From assembly GCF_004010195.1 (NCBI RefSeq), contig NC_057751.1:1097968-1161967 (forward strand): DNA of 64,000 bases, given 5' to 3'. Source of the stretch: Chiloscyllium plagiosum (Eukaryota). The translations under genes and the position numbers were made by a program. Shown here piece by piece: positions 26,276-38,851 of this stretch (position 1 is the stretch's first letter; each line of letters begins with the position of its first letter). The notes below the pieces were generated by a model, which made no database searches, was not told the origin of the DNA, and was given only the letters and a program-made list of their open reading frames with translations.

Positions 26276-26502
26276 GAGATGGACAACAAATGCTGGCCCA
26301 GCCAGTGAAGCTCATGTCCCAAGGATAATTTTTTTTTTTAAATTGCAGAAAGGTGGGTCTGCTCATGAATTGGACCGATAAATAACCTGTTGGGTGTATT
26401 CCTCGATGACAGTAGGCAGCAGTTATGTCACTTGCTGAACTTTCAACCAACTCCTGTCCTAACAGATTTATTCTGTTGTGGTGACTGAAAACTGAACCAT
26501 GG

Positions 26503-26720
26503 ATAAAAACTAACAGTGCCAGTGGAACTCAGCAGGATTGGCAGCATCTCTGGTGGGAGAAACAGAGTTAACTTTTTGAGTTCGACAACCATATTCAGAA
26601 GAAGTTATATCAGACTCAAAACATTAACTTGGTCTCTGCAGAAGCTGCCAAACCTGCCACATCTCTCCAGCACTTTCTGATTTATCTCAGGTCTCAGGCA
26701 TCCGCAGGACTTTGCTTTTG
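26503..26720. mobile_element. Decayed inverted pair of PLE tails (family C-like)
   Basis: CTCAGCAGG..GGCAGCATC..CAGAGTTAAC on the left is mirrored by ACATTAACT..GCTGCCAAACCTGC on the right. The core is eroded (CAGAAGAAG..CAAAACATT). Confidence 0.6.
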
Positions 26721-28859
26721 ACTAACTCAACCAAAGCAAATGGTTTGAAAAGCAAAATCTTTCTCGAGTGGAGACAGTTTGAGGAGATCGAGACTTGAAT
26801 TCCTGGGAGTGGCACTGAAGTTGCAGCTGCTATTGGTGAAGCAGAGGCAGTGGGGAGGTGGTAGGGTTTGGGAGGCACACAGAGATTTAATACCGTCACG
26901 TCTGCAGGGTGAGGCCACAGAGGGGTTTGAGGTGAGGTCAAGACTGTTTAATGGGAGGCATTGACTGTCTGGCAGCTGGTGTAAGTTAGTGAGGGCAGTG
27001 GGTGACCAGCAGCAGCCACTTTCTTCATTCCAATGCCCACTTCCTCCTCCCATTGGCCTCTTCATGTCAAGTCGTACAGACCTTTTCACGATCCCGGGTT
27101 CAGTTCATTAAATCAATATTTGATGAATCTGTGCCATCTCACAATCAATGGACTTTTATTAAGATGTAGAGCCAGCATCTCCCTGCTGAGGGATTTGGTA
27201 AGTTTCCAAGTTCCTCTGTACACAGCCCATTGAAATCTCCTTCCATCCTGCTCATAAATACAGTTCAGTGCAACAGCAGAAAGAGGCCTTTAATCCCGAT
27301 CCAAATGGCAACAATCCAGTTCTGGATTTGTAGGCCTGACCCCGGCCTGTCAAGCGATACCACAGAGATTAATAGGGTGGGCGGGTTAAAGTAATAATCG
27401 TTTGTTTGATGTGACAGCTTTTGCTAGACATTGATTTACTTAGAGACTGATAGGCTTTTAATTGACCGCCTCAATCCAAATCACATCAAAAGCCTTGCAG
27501 TAAATCCTAAAACTCCCCCAGAAAAGGAAAGCAGTGAGGGAGAAATTCAATCTTTCTAAAAGCGACCAATTCCTGAAGAAAAGCAGATTGGGAAGCCCCC
27601 AGAAGAGAAGCTGAATGCTCTCCCCTTCCAGTGAAATCATTCAACCTCAGTTTGCAGTCTGCACCAACCCTCCTCTTGAAAAGTGCTGAAGTCTTTGAAC
27701 TGTGTCTTGTGAGAACATACAGTTTGAAAGAAAAGAGAAAGAGAGAGATCCGACGGGAAGATTGCAATTGATTTCCCTGCATTTCAAAAGAGGACTTTTC
27801 TCCCCACTGAAAAGCAGAAACAACACATTGCCTGCATTCCAACTCATGCCCTTGTTACATTAGACTTAACCTCGCCAAAACCGGTTTAGTATCAGATGAA
27901 GAATTCATTCTCACAAACCCAACAGCAGCCAGTGTGTGAGCATTGTGTGTGTATGTGTGTGTCTGTCTGTCTGTCACCGGCAGGGTCCCAAGAAAGCAGG
28001 AGCAGCTCCACAGGGAGTGGTGACCAATTGATTTGAGGAGTTTCTGGCTTGGATCACTCAGTGTCGGTGTGACTGAGTCAGTGGTATTTCTGTGTCTCAA
28101 ACAGAAGCAGGGTGAAGGCCCAGGATATCACATTGACGGGGTGTGTGTGTGTGCGTGTGTGTGTGTGAGAAGCCTCTCCAATACTGTTGGTGTACTCATC
28201 CATGTGAATGGGAGTATCCCAACATATTGATGACTTGTGCCTTGGAGAAAGGATAGGCTTTGGGGAGCAAGGAGGTCAGTTACTCAGGGCAGGATTTCTA
28301 ACCTCTGACCTACTCTCATTGCCACTGTGTTTACATGGGCTTGTCCAGTTCAGTTTCTGGTCAATGGTAACCCCTAGAACAACCACTCCACTTGGTTTCG
28401 AATGCACGAATGAATACTACTTTTATTTAAACCAAAATAATTTATTGCGGGTCATTTTAAAATTGGATTTCACAAGCAGGGTTTGGAAATATACATCATC
28501 ACCCGATGAAAAAGGGGAGAAGTTAAAATGAAAACAAAAAACTACCTGTGTTCCAGTCAGGAGAGAACAGTAAAAACAATTCAACTCATTTGTCCCTCTT
28601 GGACCCATCAGTCATAATTTGCAAATTGACCAGTTGGGTTCCTTGATAACCCCCTCATATTTTGGGGGGTTGTTGGGGTGGGCTGTGTACACAAGGGACA
28701 GACCACCCCCACCTGTCTGTACCACATGTAAGTCCAATTCTATGTCGAGGCCAGCAAACCACTTTAACGGCTTCGCCGGCACGAATACAGCTACAGAATC
28801 ATTCAGCCGCTGAGCCTGCTCTGACATTTAATTTGATCGGAAAAATTGCACATTTTAAA

Positions 28860-29135
28860 AAAAAATTCATGGGATGAAGGCAGCACTGTCTAAGGCAATT
28901 AAGATTCAACCACATTGCTGTGAGTCTGGAGTCACATGTAGGTCAAATCAGGTAAGATGGCATTTCCATCTCTAAAGGATGTTAGTGAACCAGATGGGCT
29001 TTCCAACATCAACAGTGGATGTATGGTCATTAGACCCTTAATTCCAGATTTTTATTGAATTCAAATTCCACTGTCTGCCAGGAATGGAATCCTGATCCCC
29101 ATTAACCAGATACCACATTAGGCCTTCACCTCCCC
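28860..29135 (-). mobile_element. tRNA-derived SINE remnant (second SINE family)
   Basis: GTCTGGAGTCACATGTAGG..AGTGAACCAGATGGG..TTATTGAATTCAAATTCC. Related pieces at ~14240-14420, 25030-25310 and 38195-38570. Confidence 0.55.
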
Positions 29136-29420
29136 TTCAATGTCTTTTACCCACACTATCCCTTTATGCCACGGGTAATCAGAAATGGATTAATCACTAC
29201 CCTTGACAGCAAGGCTGCATTTGAGCAAGTCTGGCATCAAGGAGCCCTCACCAAACTGGAGTCAATGGGAGTTGGAGGCAAACTCTCTGCTGGTTAGAGT
29301 CATATCTTGCACAGAGGACGAGGGTTGTGGTTGTTGGAGGTGAGTCATCTCAGTTCCAGGACATCTCTGCAGAAGTTCCTCAGGGTAATGTCCTAGACCC
29401 AACCATCTTCAGCTGCTTCA

Positions 29421-29882
29421 NNNNNNNNNNNNNNNNNNNNNNNNNNNNNNNNNNNNNNNNNNNNNNNNNNNNNNNNNNNNNNNNNNNNNNNNNNNNNNNN
29501 NNNNNNNNNNNNNNNNNNNNNNNNNNNNNNNNNNNNNNNNNNNNNNNNNNNNNNNNNNNNNNNNNNNNNNNNNNNNNNNNNNNNNNNNNNNNNNNNNNNN
29601 NNNNNNNNNNNNNNNNNNNNNNNNNNNNNNNNNNNNNNNNNNNNNNNNNNNNNNNNNNNNNNNNNNNNNNNNNNNNNNNNNNNNNNNNNNNNNNNNNNNN
29701 NNNNNNNNNNNNNNNNNNNNNNNNNNNNNNNNNNNNNNNNNNNNNNNNNNNNNNNNNNNNNNNNNNNNNNNNNNNNNNNNNNNNNNNNNNNNNNNNNNNN
29801 NNNNNNNNNNNNNNNNNNNNNNNNNNNNNNNNNNNNNNNNNNNNNNNNNNNNNNNNNNNNNNNNNNNNNNNNNNNNNNNNNN
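29421..29882. other. Assembly gap (N run)
   Basis: 462 N. Confidence 1.
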
Positions 29883-30231
29883 TAACATCTTCAGCTGCTT
29901 CAACAATGACCTTCCTTCCATCATAAAGTGAGAAGAGGGATCCATTCACAATTGCACAAAGTTCAGCACCATTTGCAACTTCTCAGATACTGAAGCAGTT
30001 CATGTTCGAATGTAACAAGACCTGGACAATATCCAGGCTTGGACTTACAAGTGGCAAGTAACATTTGTGCCAAAGAAATGCCAGGCAATGACTATTTCCA
30101 ATAACTGATAATTTAACCATTCTCCCTTGACATACAGCTGTGTAACCATCACTGAAGATCCCATTATCAACATCCTGAGGGATACCATTGACCACAAACC
30201 CAACGAGACTCTCCATATAAATATATTGGCT

Positions 30232-30907
30232 CTGGATGCAGGTTTGCTCGTTGAGCTGGAGGTTTCATTTTCAGACAGTTCATCACCATGCTAGATAACA
30301 ACTTCAGTGAGCCTCCAGATGAAGCACTGATGGTGCAGTCCACTTTCTATTTATATGTTTGGGTTTGCTTGGGTTGGTGATGTCATTTCTTGTGGAGACA
30401 TCATTTCCTACTGTGATGTCATTTCCTGTTCTTTTTCTCAGGGGATGGTATATGGGATCCAAGTCATCAGGATGCATGAACATCAACTAGCCACAAAAAG
30501 ACATGACCCACTCTCACTAGCATCCTTATATACTGAGGAGGAAGGACACCACTTCGACCGGGACAACACACCCAACCTAGGACAAGCTAAACAGAGACAC
30601 ACACAAGAATTCCTAGAACCATGGCATTCCAAGCGGAACTCTATCAACAAACACATTGATTTGGATCCTATTTACCACCCCCAAGAAAAGAACAGGAAAT
30701 GACGTCACCATAGGAAATGACATCACCAACCCAAGGAAACCCAAACATAAAAACAGAAAGTGGGCTACACCCTCAGTGTTTCATTTGGAGGCTCACTGAT
30801 GATGTTACCACGTACGGTAACGTAATGCCTGAAAATGAACCTTCCAGTTCAGCAAGCAAACCTACATCCGGAACCTCACCCGAGCTACAAATCTTCTCAA
30901 AACTCAC
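30232..30907 (+). mobile_element. Penelope-like element 3' fragment (GIY-YIG C-terminus) with inverted 5' pseudo-LTR (family D)
   Basis: Plus 30466-30907 encodes RMHEHQLATKRHDPLSL...GHHFDRDNT...EFLEPWHSKRNSINKHIDLDPIY. 30232-30465 is its inverted 3' end. TSD AAATAYATTGGCT at 30219-30231 and 30908-30920. Decayed hammerheads at 30793-30832(+) and 30271-30310(-). Confidence 0.85.
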
Positions 30908-31644
30908 AAATACATTGGCTAAAAGAGGTCGGGGACTCGGAATACCGCAATGAGTAACTCATGTGGTGGCTCCCAAAGCCGGTCCACAATCTACAAGGTA
31001 CAAGTCAGGAGTGTGATTCGAGAATACACACCCAGTTTGCTCATTCTGAGGTAAGGAAGCCAAAAGTGCACACAGCACTCCAGGTACAGTATAAACAACC
31101 TTCCATACATTTGAAGCAAAGCTTTCCTACTCGTGCACTTAAATTTGCTTACGGTAAGGCTCACATCAAAATCTCCACTTTGAGTGTTCCTCTGTTGTGC
31201 AGATTGCAGAGGTTCAAAAGGCAGCTAACCACAACCTTCTCAAGGAACAGCTCAGGACAGGTAATAAGTGCTCGCTTTCCCAGAAATCTCTTGCTGTCTC
31301 ACTTACATGATATTGTGTTTGGTCAAAGCATAAAGAGCTGATCACAATGAGTTGGTGACGAAACACTTTGGGATAAAATCATCCCTGGATCCTTTAGCCT
31401 TGGTCTGAAGTCAGCAAAGCTCAATTCAGAGATCTAGTCTTGCCGTTTCCATGTAATAATCACAGGAGAACTGCCCTGAAAGATGCTTTGGACAAAAAGA
31501 TGCTTGATAGAATGTTAAATATTGTATTCCAGTAGTTAAAACTCATTATCGTTTCACAAACCTTGAACACATTTGGAGACATGTTTACATGTTAAGGAGA
31601 TCTGATTTTTGGATGTAGTAATTTTAATATGGAGCCAAAGTCTC

Positions 31645-32090
31645 AGGGTGGCACGGTGTCTCATTGGTTAGCATTGCTGCCTCACATTGCCAGGAACCTG
31701 GGTTCAATTCCAGCCTTGGGTGACAGTGTGGAATTTGCATATTCTCCCTGTGTCTGCAAGGGCTTCCCCCCCACTGTCCAAGGGCTTAGGGTGGATTGGC
31801 TATGCAAAATTGTCCACAGTCTTCAGGGATGAAGACACAGTCTTCATTCCTGAAGAAGGGCTTATGCCCGAAATGTTGATTCTCCTGCTCCTTGGATGCT
31901 GCCTGACCAGCTGTGCTTTTCCAGCAACACATTTTTCAGCCCCAGTCTTCGGGGATGTGGATTGGAAATGTATGGTTACAGGGATAAGATAGAGTGGGTG
32001 CATCTGGCTGGGATGCTCTTTGGAGGGTCAGTGTGGAGATTGATGGGCCAAATGGCCTGTTTCCACACTGTAGGGACTCTGTAATTCTAT
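31645..32090 (+). mobile_element. HE1-type SINE interrupted by a family-A hammerhead element
   Basis: A and B boxes and HE1 tail present; insert at 31832-31942. Confidence 0.85.
31832..31942 (+). mobile_element. Family-A hammerhead element with 15-bp TSD
   Basis: CTGAAGA 31850-31856 and GAAA 31870-31873. CAGTCTTCRGGGATG at 31817-31831 and 31943-31957. Confidence 0.8.
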
Positions 32091-32174
32091 GAATAAAGAG
32101 CGATGACCAACTCTTGAAATCCCATTATTCGGCTCCTAGTTAATTACCAGAATCCTAAAATGCAATTTTAAGCA

Positions 32175-32300
32175 TACCTGATGAAGGAGCAGGACTCCGA
32201 AAGCTTGTACTTGGACATAAACCTGTTGGACTATACCCTGGTGTAGTGTGATTTTTAACTTTGTCCATCCCAGTCCAACACCAGCTCCTCCACACCATGG
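32175..32300 (+). mobile_element. Family-B PLE hammerhead element
   Basis: TAC-CTGATGA-A-GGAG cagga CTCC-GAAA-GCTT-GTA. Downstream AAACCTGTTGGACTATA..CTGGTGT matches 22071-22140. Confidence 0.8.
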
Positions 32301-33599
32301 CTAGCATCTATAGCAACAGTGTTAACATTTCAGGACCCAGGACTTTCAATCAAATTGAGAGTTTTGGGTGAGTGGAGAGTACAGGAGGGCTTTGGGGAGG
32401 GAACAGGATGATACTGGAGTCATTCAGATCTACCCTATGGTTTCGGGTCCTCTGCATTCTCACAGGCAACGAACGTGAACAGGAAGTTTGTGCAGGAAGG
32501 GAGGCTGATTGTAAACAACAAATCAACAACTGATTGAAGCACAGAGAAGTCAAGGAGGCAATGTCCTTTCAAACTCCAAACTGGATTGCAGCAAGAAATA
32601 TGGGGAGAGACGACTGGGGGAATATACTAGGAGCCTGAGCGATCTAAGCTGTCAGGTATGAGAATTTTAATGAGGCCTGTCCCACTGTCAGGAACAGCTC
32701 GCTGAGTCTTTTAACAAAGTTCCGGGTGTTGACATAAGATTCTCACTTGATTCTATATTGAGGAATCACTGGCATCCATCAGACAGCAGCTTCTGTAGTG
32801 CATTGCTTTACCAGTGCTCATTCCTTAACAGTGCAGTACAGACCCTCAGTACTGACCCTCCGACAGTATGGCACTCCCTCAGCATTATACCAGTATCAGG
32901 CTGAATCTCGTGGTGATCAATCTGGAGCATAACTTGATCTCACAACTTTCTGACTTCAGAAACAGGTTTGGGGCTAACTGAGCCAAGACTGCCACTTCAT
33001 TATAAAATTAGGTTTTGGTTTAACTGAGAATTATGCAACTTAGTTGAAATGATTAGAAGTGATAATGAACAAATACTCTAAACAAATGAAATACCTGGTC
33101 TCAGAGTTGCTTTTTGGTGGAATTCACTATTAGTTATTTTAAAGTGGAATTGATTAGACCAGCCAAATATTATCCTGATGAAATGGAACAAATCTTTATT
33201 GAACAAAGACTTAAAGCTTTGTGTCTTCAGGACCATAGAAACTTATAGCATAGAAGAGGGTATCTGATGAAACATGCCTTTCGTGGCTATTTGAACGAGT
33301 TGTGAAATTAGTCTCACTGCCCTTATCCTCTTGTCACCTTCCTGGAAGGTTTTCTCTTTCAAATGTTTATCCAAAAATATTTTGCAGTCTATCGATGAAT
33401 CTGTTTCCTATGGAGGAAGCTACTTCTAGTCCAATGTGGAAACAGTCTTCACCTCCAATCTCTCTTGGTCCTGTATCAAGTATCTTTAAAATGTGACTTA
33501 TTCTTTTTGATTCGTCTATCAGTGGAAACTGTTTCATCCTGTCTATTGAAAGCCTTCGCAGTTTTCAACACCTGTCTCAAACCTTTTTGGAAGGCAATC

Positions 33600-34325
33600 C
33601 AGGGCAGAGCCTTCCACAGTTAATAGTAGGGCCCTGGGGAATGTCGTTGAATAAAGAGACCGAGAGGTGCAGATGCATAGTTCCTTGAAAGTGGCGTCTC
33701 AGGTAGACAGGGTGGTGAAGAAAGTATTTGGCATGCTTTCATCGCCCAGAGCATTGAGTATAGTGGTTGGACATCGTGTTATGGCTGTGCAAGACATTGG
33801 TAAAGCCAGGTTTTGAGTCCTGCGTACAATTCTGGTCACCCTGCTAAATTAGAAAGAGTGCAAAACAATTGACAAGGATGTTACCAAGACTGGAAGGTTT
33901 GAGTTATAATGGGAGGCTGGATAGGCTGGGACTTTTTTCCCTGGAGCAGCAGAGGCTGAGGGGTGACCTTGTAGATGTTTATTAACTCATGAAGGGTGTA
34001 GATAGGATGAAGACTGAACGTCTTTCCCCAGGATAGGGGAGTCCAAAGCTTAAGGGCATAGGTTTAAGGTGAGAAAAGAAAGATTTCAAAAGGGAGCTGA
34101 AGGGCAACTTTTTCACAGAGAAGGCAATGTCTCTATGGAATGAATTGCTCGAGGAAGTGTAGAGAGGGGTACACTTAGAACATTTAAAAGGCAGTTGGAC
34201 AGCTCCCTGGATAGGAAAGATTTAGAGGGATATGGGCCAAATGCAGGCAAATGGGACAAGGTCAATTTAGGAAAACTGGTCAGCATGGACGAGTTTTAAT
34301 GCTGTACACTCTCTGACTATTTGAC
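33600..34325 (+). mobile_element. Decayed CR1 LINE
   Basis: VQFWSP and RLDRLGLFSLEQQRLRGDL motifs. Confidence 0.85.
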
Positions 34326-36140
34326 TCTAAGCTACAGGACTGTACCAGTTTAAGAACGCTGAACTTTGTTAAAGATGGGAGAGTTTCTGCTAAATCGCAA
34401 ACAACAGGGAATGTCCACTTTGTTTCAGCTTAGTTCGCAGGAGCAGAAAGCATGTTGGAGGTTTGTAAGAAGATGCTTTCTCTATTTTAAGGTGAAACTC
34501 AGCTCATAGTTGAGTTGTCTTGTGAGGTTTGTGATGTTACTGCTGGACAAGTCAAATCACCCAATCAAACCTGGCTGGGTCTATCATGTATTTGATGTTA
34601 ACATGGTAGTCATTTTTCGAAACATAAAGCTGCTGATTTTCTTGAATAATAAAACAGAGAAAAAAGAACAAGTTCCCTCAAAGTAGAACACATTTTTGAA
34701 AGATTTTGTTAAAACAGACAGCAAAGGCAAAACTTTAATTTGTTTGCCAACACCATCATTTTGCAACATCAAATATAGACAGATTACCCCTCTGTCTCAA
34801 ACCTTTACATTGAGACTCAGCTGAAGCTTCCTGGTTCTTTTCTGTGAGCTGTGAAGTATTCTCACATAAGTACTCTCAAAACCGATAGTTTAGATTTTGT
34901 TAGTCTTTTAACAATTTGCCAATTTCTAACCAAACACTTCTGGTCTGCAAGTCATTCAAACTAACTTTCTACTAAGGTAATTGTCCTATTCACCTTTCGA
35001 GGAGAGAATTATAGTTTGCTTCTGACTCTGGTCCATCTCCTCCAAAATGGCTTGAATATTAAAGCTGGAATCAATCTTTGATTATCCTAAACCAGAAACT
35101 AACTCAGGCCCTCCAAAATTTATGCTATTTGTTATAAATCTGGCACATTACAGACGATCCTTCATTCACGCTCCAGGGCTTCTGTGCTCTTTGTGAGACT
35201 TACCAGATTAGGTGATGGTTCCAGAACAACTGACCTTTCACCCCTGAACCACTAGTTTGCAATCCAAATTCTAAAAATACTTGACATATAACTGTGCATG
35301 TATGTGACAACTCTCATTACAATATGTAGAATTCTCTGCTCAAACACTGAAACTTGTGCTGTTTTGTACAGGCTTTGGGATGTAGATTTTAGGGAAGAGC
35401 CCATCCTCTGCTTCCCTTTTATACTTAAATGAAATGTTTTCGACAGATCAGAGGTGGAGTGAGCAAGCCTTTCAAACCTTCACAGCAGTTCTTTGTAAAA
35501 ATGCCAAGGACAATGAAATCCTACATGAAGCCCGTGGAGACTAAATCTTGGATTGTTGCTAATCCAGTTAACAGATTTGTGTTTATTTTCTTTCATTATC
35601 AGGACCTTGGTGTCACAGGGAACCCATTTATTATGCATCACTAACTATCCCCTTGAGAAAACAGTGATGATCCTCATTCTTAAATCACTGCAGTCCTGTG
35701 CTAACTGTTAGGGAGGGAGTTTGACCCAGCCACTGTGAACTGGAGCCTGTTATATTTCATACTCGGGATGGGCTGCACCATGGAAGCGATGGTGTGCCTA
35801 TGTCTTGTTCTCAGTGGTGGAGGTGGCAGGAAGTAGGTGCAGTCTGAGATTCCATCAAGCTGTGACTTGAGGTTATGTTTAGGGTAGCATGCTCCTTCTG
35901 CCCTTGTAATCGCAATGTATTTCCAAATTGGGAAGTGTGCATGTTTTCCCCACACCTTTTCAAGGACTTTTGTTTTGTAGCATGTTTGCCAACTGCGAGA
36001 CTTGAACCAGGAAGAAGCCAATGCCCCTGTCACCTCTGACAATTTGCCACCACAACCCACACCCCTGCTCCTCGTGACAAACAAGGCCTGGGTGTAGTGA
36101 CAAGCTGTGGAGAGATTGTGTCAAGGATAGGTTTTAACAT

Positions 36141-36374
36141 GAAAACTGCAAAACTGCGGATGCTGTAAATCAGAAACAAAAACAGAGATTGCTGGAAAAG
36201 CTCAGCAGGTCTGGCAGCATCTGTAAAGAGAAATCAGACTTAACATTTCTGGTCCGGTGACCATGGCACAGAACTGAGTTCTGAGGAAGGGTCACCGATA
36301 CTGAAGAGTTTACTCTGACTTCAATTCACAGATGCTGCTGAGCTGCTGAGCTTTTCCAGCAATCTCTGTTTTGG
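36141..36374. mobile_element. Head-to-head inverted pair of family-C PLE hammerhead elements
   Basis: Symmetry centre CAGAACT-G-AGTTCTG (36269-36283) with CTGAGGA at 36281-36287. Arms ACAGAGATTGCTGGAAAAGCTCAGCAG and CTGCTGAGCTTTTCCAGCAATCTCTGT. Confidence 0.8.
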
Positions 36375-36583
36375 GTGTGGTGCCCACATCACATCAACAG
36401 CTTCAGCAGCTCAAAAAGCTCCTTTACAGAGCATGATGTCCTTTGCAACAATTAAACGTGCATTTATAAAGCACCTTGAATATTATGAAATGTCCCAAAG
36501 CACATCACTGGAGTATTTTAAAAGAGATTATGACAGCAAGCCGCATAAGGAGGTATTAGGGCAAGTGACTCCAAAAAATGATG

Positions 36584-37083
36584 NNNNNNNNNNNNNNNNN
36601 NNNNNNNNNNNNNNNNNNNNNNNNNNNNNNNNNNNNNNNNNNNNNNNNNNNNNNNNNNNNNNNNNNNNNNNNNNNNNNNNNNNNNNNNNNNNNNNNNNNN
36701 NNNNNNNNNNNNNNNNNNNNNNNNNNNNNNNNNNNNNNNNNNNNNNNNNNNNNNNNNNNNNNNNNNNNNNNNNNNNNNNNNNNNNNNNNNNNNNNNNNNN
36801 NNNNNNNNNNNNNNNNNNNNNNNNNNNNNNNNNNNNNNNNNNNNNNNNNNNNNNNNNNNNNNNNNNNNNNNNNNNNNNNNNNNNNNNNNNNNNNNNNNNN
36901 NNNNNNNNNNNNNNNNNNNNNNNNNNNNNNNNNNNNNNNNNNNNNNNNNNNNNNNNNNNNNNNNNNNNNNNNNNNNNNNNNNNNNNNNNNNNNNNNNNNN
37001 NNNNNNNNNNNNNNNNNNNNNNNNNNNNNNNNNNNNNNNNNNNNNNNNNNNNNNNNNNNNNNNNNNNNNNNNNNNNNNNNNNN
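36584..37083. other. Assembly gap (N run)
   Basis: 500 N. Confidence 1.
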
Positions 37084-37157
37084 TACATAGAGAGAGAGTT
37101 AGTGAAATAGAGATTGGGAGATACAGATCAAGATGTAGAGATACGATTGTGGATATA

Positions 37158-37760
37158 TGTAGTGTTTTGGACCAGACCAGAGCCCCCTCAAAACATTTAA
37201 AGAAAGGAGCCCCCTCCCTAACTTTGCTCATTCTTTTAAGAAGGTGTGAGGTAGATATTCCAGGAGGGATGTAGCTGGCCCAACCACTTCGTTTTAAACA
37301 AAACAAAATTTATTTGCAAGATTACCGAATGAAACACAAACAATAGAAAACAGAATAATTTAACCTCTCTGAAAACCCAACCGATTACCAGTGTATCCCA
37401 ACTTAATAATGCTGTTCCCAATATTTGCAACAATCCCCAGAAACACCCCTGGGCAAAAAAGGAAAAATCCATTACAGGGTCTTACAGGAGAGATGTCGGA
37501 GAGAGGAAGGATCAGCATGGACCTGCTTGTCTGGTTCCAGCACCTTCACAACTGACTGCCTGCTAAAACCAAACCAAACCAGAGAAAAGCTGAGCTGGAA
37601 GAACTGGCCACTCCCCTTTCATTATACAAATGTCTTTTTTCAAACTTGAAAGCTTCTTCACGTCAATCAACCCAAGACATTTTGAAATCTGTGTCTTTAC
37701 GACCTCCTGAAAAAAAAACCAAGGACAACATAAGCTTGTTAAAGGAGCAGCTTTGTCACA
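37158..37760 (-). mobile_element. Probable solo LTR (~600 bp)
   Basis: TG...CA termini (TGTAG ... GTCACA), AATAAA on the minus strand, and it interrupts a GA-rich tract. No clean TSD. Confidence 0.5.
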
Positions 37761-38185
37761 AAAGAGAGACATAGAGATAGGGAGATAGAGTTAGAAAGTG
37801 ACAGATAAAGAGAGGAAGGGAGAGCTCGTTAGAGAATGACAGACAAAGGGATAGAGAGATATAGAGAAGAATAGAGATTAAGAAATGTAGAAGGATAGAG
37901 AATGAGAGAGGGATAGAGTGAATTAGGTCGAAAGCTAGTGAGTGAAAGAGATGGCGAGACAGTGTGAGGGAGAGTGGGAGAGAGAAAATGAGAGAGAAAG
38001 ACAGAATGAGAGAGATAGAGAGAGAAGATAAAGAGAATTTGAGGGAGGGAGAGAGAAAAAGTGAGGGGGGAGGAAGACAGAATGGGGAGACAGTGGGTGG
38101 AGATGGATAGTGGGGTGAGCTGGACAGTGGGGAAAAGTAGAGTTTGGGGAGACAGAAAGTGAGGGAAGACAGAGAGTGGGGGAAC
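37761..38185 (+). repeat. GA-rich low-complexity purine tract
   Basis: Degenerate (GA)n/(GATA)n sequence, strongly purine-biased. Confidence 0.85.
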
Positions 38186-38298
38186 TATATGAAGTAAAAC
38201 TCTAATAATAAGGAACTTTCAGGAATCATTGATTCTGGTGAAACCCCACCTGGTTCAGTAAAGCTTTTAGTGGTTGGACATGTGCTGTCCTTACCCTA

Positions 38299-38431
38299 GG
38301 CGAAAGTGTGGACTGCAGATGCTGGGGATCAGAGTCTAGATTAGAGTGGTGCTGAAAATGCACAGCAGGTCAGGCAGCATCTGAGAAGCAGGAAAATTGA
38401 CGTTTCTGGCAAAAGTCCTTCATCAAGAATC
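38299..38431 (-). mobile_element. Family-A hammerhead element with 8-bp TSD
   Basis: Reverse complement reads ATTCTTGATGAAGGACTTTTGCCAGAAACGTCAA. TCCTTACC at 38288-38295 and 38432-38439. Confidence 0.8.
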
Positions 38432-38851
38432 TCCTTACCTTGCCTGGCCTACATTTGATTCCAGAGCCACAGCAATGTGAACGGCTCTGAAATGGCCAAG
38501 CGAAGTGTTTGTTTCAAGGAGTGGTCAATAAATGGTGACCCTACAGCAATGTTTATATTCCATGCCAGGAGAATAACCAAACTGTGAAGCAAGGAGGGAG
38601 TTTTTCCATGAGGTATAATTGTTCATTCGACCGGCCACAAGGGGGAAGGGGGAGACCGCTGTGCCTTCTCCCTCAGACTGCAGCCTGTGCTGACGTGGAT
38701 AGTGTTTTGAACTAATGTACTGTCGTCCCCATCTTCACTAGTCAGTACTGCCCTTTGCCTTACAGCCACTGGTTTATTGAGAAAGTTCAGCACACAGAGG
38801 TTAACAACTGATCACACACAAACTGGCAAGAAGTTAACAAATTGCTGGACA

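Larger units (their letters stand above)
29200..31010 (+). mobile_element. CR1-like LINE RT fragment, broken by a gap and a PLE insertion
   Basis: LDSKAAFEQVWH, VPQGNVLDPTIFSCF, NDLPSII and DLDNIQAW motifs. Confidence 0.85.

Noticed and set aside
29327..29949. Long ORFs across N runs (also 36433-37306)
   Set aside because: Artefacts of translating assembly gaps.
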